Positions 1 to 10,979 are shown, counted from the first letter of the whole stretch. The stretch is DNA of 59,218 nt, filler included, from Sphacelaria rigidula (GCA_964200075.2; 6 parts of 6 records of this genome joined end to end with filler, not necessarily neighbours in it), one strand, 5' to 3'. Program-made: numbers and translations. The notes: a model not told the origin generated them from the letters alone.

Positions 1-1662
1 CGGTTTTCTTGGTTCGGGGGTCAAAAGGTGGGCCAAACGTCCCAAAAGTGAACAATCCATGGGCCAAAAATCTGTTTGCCGTAACATCCGGCCTAAGCGC
101 GGGGTTATGACGAAAACCGAAAGTTCCATCCGATCTATTTTCAGGTGCAGGGTGCGCATTAGTTAAGGTACATGTGATGTAGCAAGCAGTGTGTGTCGCC
201 GTAGAGAGCGTTCAACAGGATGCGGCGACCAGCGGGCCGCCCGCCACTAGTGGCTTTGGATGAGAGTATCGTCCCCATCACCTTGCCACACAGCCCTTCG
301 TGGTCGGGGTGGGCCGCCATTTCCCTCTTCGTTGCATGCGGCAAATTCTCTTTGACGGGTATCAGCGTTGCGGCGCGCGTACACACAGTACAGTACAGTA
401 CAGTACAGTGCGCTTCTCCGACTGCAGCAGCAGCTGCCGCTGCATAGTCCCTCGCACTTTCTTGGCAGTTCTCAGCTACCGAGATCCCCACCCATTACAT
501 ACATGTTAACTGTACACTGCAAGGCATTCGCAGGGGGATGGGCAGAATTCATGACGATAGCTCCTTTCGTCTTTCCACGGCCCACCTGGGTTGGGTACCT
601 CGTGGAAATGACCACATGGTAGCATGTACACTCGTCCCCGGTTTTTCCCATTCCACCCTGTGTTATTGTAATTACTACGTTTTAGTATAGGCTGGCGACC
701 CCCCCCCCCCCCGGAAATTCCAGGAACGCTGTACTGAATGCAAGTAATACGATAAGACATGCTCCGATCATCCCGGCTCCGGAAACCTAGGAAGGCTTGT
801 CTGGGCCAGAGATGGGCCCCCCACACGATCTTTGCAGTGCACACTCGGCAACAGTCCCCGCGCTGGTCGTTCGGATCTGGTCGATAAATTTCGCCTCGTC
901 GTTATTGGGCAGGTAGCTACTTGACTTAATTCTTTTTCTTTCACGAACACATGATCAACCCCGTGTTCGTGGGGGGTCGGTCCCAAAAGGGTTGAAGGGT
1001 CCACACGTTAACAAAACGGGGAACAGATAACTTTTTAGCAGAGCGTAGGGTGTATCCTCCTGGATTCTTTGAAAAAAAGAATACTCTCATATGCTGTCCT
1101 TTTCCGCGCCGTAGTCAAGCCTAGTACCACGTGTGGAAATGACAAAAGATTGGTCGGACATACTGTCCAGACAACTCGGGCGTGGTGCTGAGGCGCTGGG
1201 ACACGATCTTGAGGTATTCAGCCCGTGTGCAGCGCTGCCCCCCAAACCGAAAAATACGCTACCTTTTTTTGTTTGAAAAACACCAGGGTGTACCCCCTAT
1301 TGTGTACTGTCCCCAAATCGAAGTTCCTCCTCGGAAAATGTGACATGACAAATCTCAACCAGGTCAAGGAATAGAACACTCCACGACTGACTGCGTTCAT
1401 ATTACTCGGGAAATCTAAGGTTGACTCTTTTTCAGATATGTTTCCCCCCGAAAAGTCGGAAAACTTTCCGGAAAAATGGACAAAATAGGAAAGTAAGTCC
1501 CGTTGATAGCGACCCTTGGGGCAAAATCCTTGCTGCGATTCCCGTTTTCCCCAGTGAAACATTCTTGGCGTACGAAAATTAAAACCATGAGCGTGTCTAC
1601 ACTCCAAACTTGGAACTTTGCCTCACCGTCTGCCGTTACGCCTCCTCCGCGGACACGCGCAG

Positions 1663-1812
1663 GTCCTGAATTTGGAGACAGAAAGCGAGACGAAGTACAG
1701 CAACAACTACCAGGCGATCTACCGACAGTTGGAGGTGGTGTTCACCAAGATCGGCGCGTCTAAATTCTTCGCCGTAGTGGGCGAGAAGTTCGACTACCGA
1801 AAACACGAGAAG
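1663..1812 (+). CDS. grpE: GrpE-like nucleotide-exchange factor, internal (penultimate) exon
   Basis: Bounded by cag|GTC acceptor and AAG|gtgcgc donor; 150 nt, phase 0. Encodes VLNLETESETKYSNNYQAIYRQLEVVFTKIGASKFFAVVGEKFDYRKHEK, resembling the GrpE 'YQ.IY.QL...F...G.....VGE.FD...HE' region. Confidence 0.8.
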
Positions 1813-2386
1813 GTGCGCCAGGCGACAGAAACGTCCAGTAATGATGCCATGTTCCCCTGGGCGCCAGACTCCTCTTGCGGTTCAGTGTTGAAGACTCATG
1901 TACAAAAGTTGACCACTCCGTCGGTATACCCGTAGCTGGGCAGCTCCTCGCTGTCTTGCGAGCGTCGGTGTATTCATGACAGCATGTGGCTTCCGGTCCC
2001 CCCAATTTTTGATTTGACTAATGAGATTTTGTTGAAACCAAGCTATTTGTTGTCCGTCGCGTGTTCACCGTGGGTACGTAAATCTATCCTGTGACCCACG
2101 TCTGGATTTGCGGCGCACTAGTAAATGTGGGGAAACCAATCAGTAAGTACATTGATCAATACATAACTAAAAAGTATTTCACCGGAGGACCCGAGACAGT
2201 ACAACGGAATAGTTTGAAACGCGTGACTTCGATTTCACGGGGGAAAGTCGGCCGCTGTTTTCACAGCTGTTGTGAGTTTTTTTTCGCACAGTTGTCGTTC
2301 CCAGTACCGACGGAGTACTGAGTTAACTTGTGATCCTGTAGGAAGTGAGATGCCATCAGTTGTCGCACTCCTTCACAGTACACCTA

Positions 2387-2978
2387 CTTCCTCTGTCCCA
2401 TAGGTGAAGTCCGTTATGGAGGATGGACCGTATCTCGCCAACAGAGGTGCTCACGATGTTATGGTTAGGTTCGTTGAAACTAACTAGTTGTGGAGATGGC
2501 CGCTGGAACAAACGAAAACAAAATAAACGACCCACAACCCTAGAATCGTTGGGTCAAACATGGCCAAATTTCGACCAAATTCCGTCCAATCTGTACATTT
2601 TCGGCCAAATTTCGACGAATTTGGCTCGTTTTGGATTCATCGAAGGCTGCAATGTAAACCAGTGGTTTCGTACTAGGCGTAGCTAGCGTATGGCAGCGAT
2701 GAACCGGAAGAAGAAGAGCCCGTTATGCTTTTTTCGCGATTTTTGCCGTTTTTCGGGTTCCCAGGATTATTTTCCGTGTGTTATAAAAGGGGCGAAATAT
2801 GGCCATTTTTGCGCCGACTGATCGTTTATCGGCCGTTCGCGCACGCTCGCTGCTGCGCAAATACAAGAAAAGATGTGATGAATCTAGGAAAAGCCCTGAA
2901 GATGAAAACAAAAAATATCGCCTAGGGCATTGCACACGTTGAGGGTCATGAAGGACTTCACTTATGAGACAGAGGAAG
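2387..2978. mobile_element. Tc1/mariner-type (Stowaway-like) MITE in GrpE intron
   Basis: TIRs CTTCCTCTGTCCCATAGGTGAAGTCC and GGACTTCACTTATGAGACAGAGGAAG (2 mismatches), TA on both sides. A related copy lies at 31915-32469. Confidence 0.8.
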
Positions 2979-3249
2979 TATTCAAATAGACGTACGCACT
3001 TGTGCTTCCATACTTGCCCTCCTCCCTACGGGATAAGGATCAAGTACGAGGATAGTAAAACAAACCAGGGTCATGATCCAATCGGTCTCGTGAGGGAGGG
3101 AATGGTTGAGTCACAGTTTCGTCTGTGCGAGAAATTGGCATTCCTTTGTGTAGGAATGTCAACGCGTTCCCACCCCCTCTGTCGGCCGGGGGTCCATCCT
3201 TTTCACCCACTGCATCGCCGCATCGCGCATTCTGGATAATCACTCACAG

Positions 3250-3561
3250 GTATCTGAGGTTTACTGCGAGGCGATGGCAGCAAGCAACGTGATGGAGTGC
3301 TTGTCTCCTGGGATGGAGCTCGGTAGAAATGTGATATCGAAGGCCAAGTGCGTCGTGTCCCTTGGGCCAGAGCCGAAGCCAGAAGAGGAGCAGGAGAAGA
3401 GTGAAGAGGAGGGTGCCGCCGAGGAAGGAGCAGAGACGGAGGGTGGGGAGGACACTGCTGCTGGTGAAGAAGGGGAAGAACCCGCCTTAAAAGAAGCTGG
3501 AGTAGACGAGACAAACGAGGATGTAGAGGGCGGTGAGGAGACGGAGGCACCAGGGGCGTAG
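3250..3561 (+). CDS. grpE: GrpE-like nucleotide-exchange factor, terminal exon with acidic tail
   Basis: ctcacag|GTA acceptor in phase with the previous exon. VSEVYCEAMAASNVMECLSPGMELGRNVISKAKCVVSLGPEP matches the GrpE C-terminal beta domain (G..L..R.I..A.V.VS.GP), followed by an E-rich tail and a TAG stop. Confidence 0.78.
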   Translation, partial: VSEVYCEAMAASNVMECLSPGMELGRNVISKAKCVVSLGPEPKPEEEQEKSEEEGAAEEGAETEGGEDTAAGEEGEEPALKEAGVDETNEDVEGGEETEAPGA

Positions 3562-4311
3562 TGATGCAATGGGGGGGGTGGGGCAGAGAGCGTAGATCGT
3601 CGTCCTTGTTGTTTCAACTCTTCCTGTTGAGCGCTAGAAGATTTGTTTTCTTCGTTGCACTGGCATGTCAGCTCTCATTTGGACCATGACCAGTCGTCCA
3701 ATTCATGGTGGATGACATCAGAAAAGTTGGAGGGTCTTTGTGTTACCTGCCATCTGCGGTTCCTCCCCATCCCCCCAAGATAGCGTGTGTTTCTCACGTG
3801 GGAGCAAATTCGACGCGGGGTGTGTTGTGGAGCGGAGCGGGGCGGAGATCTTTCGTCGCCGATGCTGTTGTAGTAGTGCTTGTTGTTGCCGTCACCATTT
3901 TCGACTATCTGAAGAGCCATATTGTTTGATGTTACCGGGATATCGTGTCCGGGGGCAGTGAACGGTATCTGTTTGTTCTGCCTTTCCTCCCAAGACCTAG
4001 AGTTTTTATTTACGGAAGTGTATACGTGTTTCAAGGGTGGGTCGTCTGAATCCATGCGTGATGTCACGAGAAAATATATGAGATGAAAGACTAACAAAAA
4101 AATGAAGCATTCAGCGGATATGTACGCATGCCGACGAGAACCTCAACGCTACGGTGGTTAGCCTCCCTAGGGAGAAAACTCTGGTGGTGGTCTAACCGTT
4201 GCTGGAGCGCTACGGGTGTTCTATTTTGAGATGGTATATCAACGGCCAGTTCGGGCGAAATGATGCCGATTTGATTGAATCCCAACATATTCGATTTAGG
4301 GGGGGCGGGGA

Positions 4312-4500
4312 TGTACTCATGACCATGCATGCCATAGTCATGAGACCATCGGCCTTTCACCCCCACGAAGCCGAGACGGAGCACGGCGGGATTTCGCTGG
4401 ACCAGGCTCGCCCTCAATCACCAAGCGAGAAGAGCCGTGGTGTGTTCGGTGAGTCGCATGAAGGGTGAGCTGCATCCTCTGCTAAGATTGTTCCGCCCGA
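4312..4500 (-). repeat. Copy of dispersed retroposon-like family ending in CATGAGTAC + C-tract
   Basis: Clear similarity to 15338-15830, 39548-40115, 40690-41290 and 41685-42240. Confidence 0.7.
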
Positions 4501-5693
4501 TATGATTTGTGGTAAAATCTGTTTGCCGTCATTTGGAGCGTAAGAACATGAGGGGTAAGGGAAGTTTTACGCCGAGAATCGAACCGGGGTGGCAGTGCCG
4601 ATCTAATTCTCCGATGCTGTGCGAAAATGTCCGGGTTGTACCGTGGAGAGATGAGTTGATCCTCTGGAACTTTGGACCTGTGCCGAGGGTAGAAGCGGAG
4701 GCTTTGGCAGTATGGAGGGGGAAAGCAAGAACGGAAGGAAATATTATTTCTGAGGACTGTAATGCACACGCAACCTGTCTACGCAGACTCTGGAAGGGAC
4801 ATCATTTCTCCCGAAGAAATTCGTGAGGGGGTAACCTCGCTCGCGACATGTTCGCTCCCGCGTGTACGCCAAGCCCACTGACTTGAGAGGAAGTATTGTC
4901 GGCATGTTGGATTCTGGCTTCATCCTTCGCCGTCCTGATCCCGACGATGAGTCGTGCAGGATCGGATGTTGAAACGGGTGCGGACATGACTCTACAGCGA
5001 CCGTCTGGGGCGCAACTTTCCAAGGGTCGGACAAATCGATGATTCGTCTGGAAATCACTTGATTTTAGTGTACTTGATTCGGATCATTCGAATTAATCCC
5101 TAGGCTTTGTTTTCGGCGTTGCAACCCAGCGGTACGCAGCCCAGACACAACACTGTTTTCGTGAGATTGAGAGCAGGGGATAAGGTTGAGAGTCAAGAGC
5201 GGTCAAATAGTGAATGAATCGTTTCAGTTCCGAAATGCCCCTTCACGAGGCCCAATATGCTTTCTGTAATAGCTGGCTATTGAGGCCCTTGATATCCCTG
5301 AGACGGATATCGACGTGTAGCTGTAAGCACACGCAAGTTATGGAGACAAAGAAAAACACACACGGAATAAAAAAAGGGCTAAGCTAAAGCGAATGATCAA
5401 AGCGACTCTCAATCAGCGCTCTGTCAGGAAAACAATGATGAGTAACCCAGAGTGAAAGAAGACTTGCGGTATAAATGGTTATAGCGGTATGTTTGGTTAC
5501 GATTCGTACGGCACACGCGTAACTGTATTTTCAGGTCATCGTGGATGCATTTTGCCCAAGCTACCACTGTTCTCCGGGAACCATCAATACAAAGCTCTTC
5601 CACTATCCGTCTCGCTTTTTACCTGTGGAGTCTAATAGCAGCTAACGCTAACCTCTGTGGCACAACAGGGTGCATACTCCAAAATCCCCCACA

Positions 5694-5704
5694 GGTCATG
5701 AGCC
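5694..5704 (+). promoter_or_regulatory. Putative Copia primer-binding site after an LTR end (...CCCCACA|GGTCATGAGCC)
   Basis: Resembles the GGTTATG(A/G)GCCC PBS of copia-type elements primed by an internal tRNA-iMet fragment. It follows a CA dinucleotide and lies about 450 bp upstream of gag. Confidence 0.45.
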
Positions 5705-5825
5705 GCGTGTTTTCGCAGAGTGTGTAATGCAATTGGCCTCTGGACTGCTTGGGTCGCGTGAGTTGAGTCACTCTCGGGTCTGGTTCAAGCTTGATCACCT
5801 TGGACCTTCCTGCCTGGGAGAGCTA

Positions 5826-6089
5826 AAGCCCGCATCCGTTACGGCAGGAAAAGCCCACATCCTTTGCGGCAAGTGAAGCCCACATCCGTTGCGGCAGGCT
5901 AAACCCGCATCCGTTGCGGCAAGTGAAGCCCACATCCGTTGCGGCAGGCGAAACCCGCATCCGTTGCGGCAGGTGAAGCCCCCATCCTCTGCGGCAGAGC
6001 CCGCATCCATTGCGGCAGGGAACGCCCGCATCCGTCGCGGCCGGAGAAGCCCGCATCCGTGCGGCAGGAGAAGTCCGCATCCATTGCGG
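5826..6089 (+). repeat. About 11 x 25-bp tandem repeat (AAGCCCGCATCCGTTGCGGCAGGTG) in the Copia 5' leader
   Basis: Units start at 5826, 5851, 5876, 5901, 5926, 5951, 5976 and so on. The consensus unit contains the inverted repeat CCGCA-TCCGT-TGCGG. Confidence 0.9.
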
Positions 6090-6141
6090 TATCTCTCTGA
6101 CACGCAATTAATCACCAAAAGTCTGTGTTCGGCATTACAAA

Positions 6142-6880
6142 ATGACGTCTACATTTGATGGTCCAAGTGTCGTCGAATACATGAAATGGAAAGCCAGATT
6201 ACGTGTGATACTTCAAGTAACCGCGCGCGCCGTACTTGAAATTATCGATGGGAAGCAGCCGCCCGGCTCAGAAGCTACACCTGAACAGTTACTAGCTTAC
6301 AACCGCCCGAATGGCAACCTCTACTCGCTGTTGTTTTTGTTAACCAGCGGGGCGGCACACGCCATCATCGAACCTTTCTTGTATCATACCTCAACTGCTG
6401 GCGAACAAATCGACGGTGGTGGTGCTCGCAATGGTTTTAGTGGTGACGGGAGAGTAGCATGGCTGGCACTTGAGGTGCATTTCGCCGCTGCCACCAAGGC
6501 AGCCATCTTTGACGCGAGCGCGCGCCTCTCTGCGCGTAAACTCGGCAACAAGGAACCTCCGAAAATATTTTTGCAAGATATGGAGAATGATCATTTGCGG
6601 ATCTTGGGTGATCCCACATCTGACATACGATTCGAAGACATCATACTTCGCGCGCTCCCGCCCGCATATGACTACATTCGCCAGCAACAACGACTTAATC
6701 CCCATTTTTCACTTCAGGATATCAACGCGGCGATACTGGTTACTTACCGCGACTGGCTGTCTCGCGATGAGTGTTCCCCAAAAAATTACTGGCCCGGGGA
6801 CCGCTATGTGGGCCAATGCCACGCATATCAAGTGCCACCAGTGTGGACAATGGGCACTTGAAGCGGCATTGCCCGGTGAA
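6142..6880 (+). mobile_element. Copia-type gag (degenerate)
   Basis: ORF 6142-6861 has gag-like features (FDG...Y.KWK; AWLALE.HF; ILRALPPAYD). A frameshifted zinc knuckle CHQCGQW(G)HLKRHC lies at about 6830-6872. Confidence 0.8.
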
Positions 6881-7010
6881 CAAAAACACCGGCCTCAAAC
6901 TAGATATCGTGGCGTGTGACCTGGGCAAGGTAAATGACACTCCCGACGATAGCTTGGAAACGCTTCGTCCGTTCCGCATCGAGCTGTTCAGATTGTTGTA
7001 CAAGTTTCAA

Positions 7011-7523
7011 GTATTCAAGCTTAAACCCAACGGGTTGTTAAAAGGACGCGTCGTTGTACAAGGTTGGAGTCAAGTTCCTGGGATCGACTGTGGTGGAACC
7101 TACGCTCCTGTCTGTCGACTTCAGAGTATTCGGATGCTACTTGCCGTAGTGGCCGCACTTGGTTGGTCTACCCAACGGCTGGATGCAGTGACGGCCTCCC
7201 TCAATGTCGTGCTCGATGACCCGCAGTACGCGGAACTGCCTCCGGGGTACGAAGATACGGATAGGTGAGCGGTGCGTATCTTCGTACCCCGGAGGCAGTT
7301 CCGCGTACTGCGGGTTATCGAGCACGACATTGAGGGAGGCCGTCACTACATCCAGCCGTTGGGCAGACCAACCAAGTGCGGCCACTACGGCAAGTAGCAT
7401 CCGAATACTCTGAAGTCGACAGACAGGAGCGTAGGTTCCACCACAGTCGATCCCAGGAACTTGACTCCAACCTTGTACAACGACGCGTTCTTTTAACAAC
7501 CCGTTGGGTTTAAGCTTGAATAC
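7011..7523. repeat. Fold-back inverted duplication of Copia RT (249-bp arms, 15-nt loop)
   Basis: 7011-7259 is the reverse complement of 7275-7523 with about 3 mismatches. Both arms encode FKLKPNGLLK.RVVVQGWSQVPGIDCGGTYAPVCRLQSIRMLLAV. Confidence 0.95.
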
Positions 7524-9292
7524 CTACCTAGTGCCGAGCAGTTTCGCCCCGGGAGGGACTTTCGATAGCGGTATCTTCTCAAGGACGCCAAGTGTCAAGA
7601 GGCTGTCAGATTCCATCTTGGTGGCTTCTCTCCATCTGTCAGCTTCAGGGAGTTCCATAGCCTCCTTGTAGGTGTTGGGGACAACAATTGTGCGGTCTGT
7701 ATCCAGCCGCCCCTGCATTTGAGTGTTGGTAGCGGCGTAAGCGTTCTCAACCGCCGTAAAGCACTCTTCATGGCATACGTCTGCCAAGTTTACGTTAGTA
7801 ATGAAGGAAACGTCTGGTTCAAGCAACGCGGGGTATGCGAGGCGATTCAGTTCGCGTCGTGTTCGAAAAATTCCGATCTGTTGCAGCGTAGCCGTGGCAG
7901 CGAATTCCAACTTCACCTCGGAGTTAATACAGTAATCCCTGAAGTTTTCCCCGATATACTCACCTCCTTTGTCGGTGCGAAGCCTATGGACGCGCCTTCC
8001 CATCGGCATTACCACCGAGTGCACGAAGAGTTGAAAGGTGTCAAGTGTGTCGCTCTTGGACTTCATCAGGTGAAGCGCGGTCCAGCGGCTTAAGACGTCG
8101 GTGATTTTGCTTATATCCTAAAAGCCCCGTAGGGCAGAGGGTGAGATTGTTCACATCAAGTCACCGATCACCAGTTCGAAGGGAGCCGACACATTGTACT
8201 TGGTTGCCTTGGGGTGCGGCTGTTGCTTACTTTTGCCAAGTTTGCACACGTCACGTGCAGGCGGTGATCCCTCGAAACTTACTCCGGTTCCAGCAGTTCT
8301 CCGAAGAATATCCAACGTTTAGCCAGAGACGTGTCCAAGTCGTTGGTGCCATCCTCCCGCTGTAGAGCTTGCGCTTATGGCTAGTGTAGGTATATTTGCT
8401 CCTCTGAGGCATCCAACTCCATATCGAAGGTATAGATGTCGTTAGATCCCGCCATTACGTCCAGTGGAATCACGTACGGTCCTGTCTCCAAGTGTGGATG
8501 CTCGCGATCGAAAATAGTGGTTATACCTGTAATGCGTGAGAGGACTGCGTACTTAGGGGGCCGCATCGTATTTTGAACGTCCCTGGGGTTAGGGTTAGGG
8601 TTAGGGTTAGGGTTATGGTCAGGGGCGTGGTACCTGCAGGGACTGGCCCGATTGATCTCGAAAAATATCGATCCTGAGGTGTTTTGAACTACGGCGCGGT
8701 CCTGTAAGCACGCGGTCCTCTCACGCAGTACAATACCTTTACGCGTTGCAGCCATCACAGAGTAAATATGCCGTCCCAGGCTCGGTACAAGATTAGCACT
8801 GAGAGATACTCGTCGCTCCCGTCCGTAAGAGTCCTTTATCGTACCAGGTACTGATACCTCGGCCACAGCATGCCGTACGTAATCGCCGGCGGTAGTGATA
8901 CGGTACGGCGTCGCGAGCAAGCGGAAATCAGGGAACCGTTCGAAGACACCAGGCACGGACGCATTGTCTATATAGTGGCCGGACGAATCAGAGTCAACTA
9001 GAAGTTTGAGTGTGGTAGTAGAGCTGGCGGTACCAGCCACAGAGTCCGTGGATGAAGCGCAACAAGAACCTACAAGCCCGCCAATGGCCATCAACGCGGG
9101 TCCACCAAAAGCGCCGAAGATATTGTCGGGACGACTCTCCGGTGGTACTGGTCCAACATTAGAGCATGCTGGAGCTACAGAGTGAGTGCCCGCAGCTACG
9201 AAGGAGAACCCACCAGTCTCAGCAGCAGTCGGTATGATGGTGCCGATGGATTGACAGGAGCGAGCTGAGTGGAAAACTTGTACATCTAACAC
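7275..9292 (-). mobile_element. Copia pol fragment (protease, GAG-pre-integrase, integrase, 5' part of RT), inverted relative to gag
   Basis: Protease LLVDSDSSGHY; integrase RVHRLRTDKGGEY...ATATLQQIG; VPNTYKEAM; RT N-terminus. Carries an internal deletion and stop codons. Confidence 0.9.
8528..8732. mobile_element. Telomeric-repeat-bearing MITE, copy 1 (TGT...ACA, 5-bp TSD ATACC)
   Basis: Imperfect TIRs of about 45 bp starting TGTAATGCGTGAGAGGAC; ATACC at 8523-8527 and 8733-8737; internal (TTAGGG)4 at 8589-8612. Confidence 0.9.
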
Positions 9293-9787
9293 GCTATACT
9301 CGCAATCTCACCAAATAGTTGTTACACGTGGAATGGTGCAAAGGTTGCATGGGTATCCCTTGGACCAGCGGTCAACTTCTTTCTTCCTTTTGGGCAATCA
9401 GGCTGAAGAAATCGTAGATTTAGGGCCTTTATTATCGACAAATAAACAAGATGGGAGAAGGTGTGAAATTTCGGCCTTCGCCTAGGGCTCGTTATTATCT
9501 AGATCTACTCTTGCTGTTAGATATCTCAGTAAAGATGGTGCTGATCTCGTCGTTTGCTTGTCTTCGCCGGCAAAATAAAGGGCAGAGTTATGCTACCTGC
9601 CCGTTTTTAGGCGTTCATAACCGTAGTGATTCGAACCCGTGATGATTCGTCCTAACCGTTCGACTTTTCGATCTGCAGCACCCTAATTTCATCATCTTCC
9701 ACCCCCAGTGCTTCCGCAATGAGCTACGGAAGGAAAGTAATAAGCGCCAGAATGTTGGAGGTGTCTCTATTAGGAGTAGGAACGGTG

Positions 9788-9887
9788 NNNNNNNNNNNNN
9801 NNNNNNNNNNNNNNNNNNNNNNNNNNNNNNNTTAATTAATTAANNNNNNNNNNNNNNNNNNNNNNNNNNNNNNNNNNNNNNNNNNNN
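9788..9887. other. Artificial linker N44-TTAATTAATTAA-N44
   Basis: Identical 100-nt spacer with six-frame stops, recurring about every 9887 nt. Confidence 0.97.
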
Positions 9888-10626
9888 GGGGGTCGGCGGT
9901 GTGCGCTTCCGCGCTCGTACACAGGCCGGGGGCAGGGCGGGGGGTAGGGGGGAGGGCGGGGGCGGGGGGGGGCGGAGGGTGAACGACAAATGTGTTTATT
10001 TCTTGTCTTGATCAATCGACCGTGCGGATGAACCGTCGAAATGGAACGCCAAAAAAACACACACACGCGCGCGCGCGCACCGAATTGCACAAAAACACAC
10101 GAGGAGGGCCAACATAGGAGTTGTTTCTGTCTTCATCACTCGATTGTGCGGATGAACCGTTACAAACGAAATGAAACATCGAAACACACACACACATACA
10201 CACACACACACCGAATTTCACAACACGATCGCAGCAGCAGTTTCGAAGCTTCAAAACTGCTCACACCACAGCGCCTTCGCACAATAATGTGGACGGTGAA
10301 CGCGTACGTCTGACTTCATAACACACACAGAAATTGGTGGTGAGTACCTTCCTTTTCACCCAGTACAGGCAAAAGGCTCGCGTGAAAGGGGCAATCGACC
10401 GTCTGTGACTATAAACGTTACAGTCCCACACAACCCTCCACGACGTGACTTCCTTCCTCCACACCCCTACCCCATAATGTTCTGGAAACCGTGGTCCATT
10501 CCACTACTCTTCCACATCAGTACCAACTCCTCTTCTGTGAGGGGGAGCCAACCTCACGTCGTCAAAGACAGCAACAGATTGTGAAGAATAAAAAGAGAAA
10601 AAAACGTCCCCCCCCCCACTTGCATT

Positions 10627-10960
10627 TGCTCCGTCTCGAAAGGGATGCGTGGTCAACGCTTACACGACTAAGGCAAGCAACAAATGAGTACCCCTCCCCG
10701 CCCCCTGCATCAGGCAGCAGGGAGAAAATTATGGCGAAGCTAGGAGCTAGATGGTTGCCACAGAAGGCGAAACAGGATGGGGATAAGATATGTATACGTT
10801 TTTAGGTAACGTATGGAAGAATCGTAATCAGTACCGGAATTTTGTAGGTGTCTCTATTAGCATTAGGAACGGTGCTCCATCTCGAAAGGTATGCGTGGTC
10901 AATGGTCACACAACTAGGACAAGCATAAATGGGTTCGCCCCCCTCCCCCCCATCCCCCTG
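10627..10960 (+). repeat. 3'-terminal fragments of a non-LTR retroposon (…GCVVNG.TTKA.NK-stop, then C-tract), two adjacent copies
   Basis: GGGATGCGTGGTCAA...AAATGAGTACCCC at 10641-10700 and again at about 10885-10960. Same family at 9730-9787, 13765-13825 (reverse) and 41325-41400. Confidence 0.6.
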
Positions 10961-10979
10961 TCTTCCCATATGCACACAC

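Noticed and set aside
5826-6089. CRISPR-like array of palindromic repeats
   Set aside because: Units are directly adjacent with no unique spacers, there are no cas genes, and the context is a eukaryotic retroelement.
8585-8625. Chromosome end or telomere
   Set aside because: The repeats are short, internal and enclosed by TIRs and TSDs.
9832-9843. TTAATTAATTAA as a biological motif
   Set aside because: Six-frame stop linker inside N runs; artificial.
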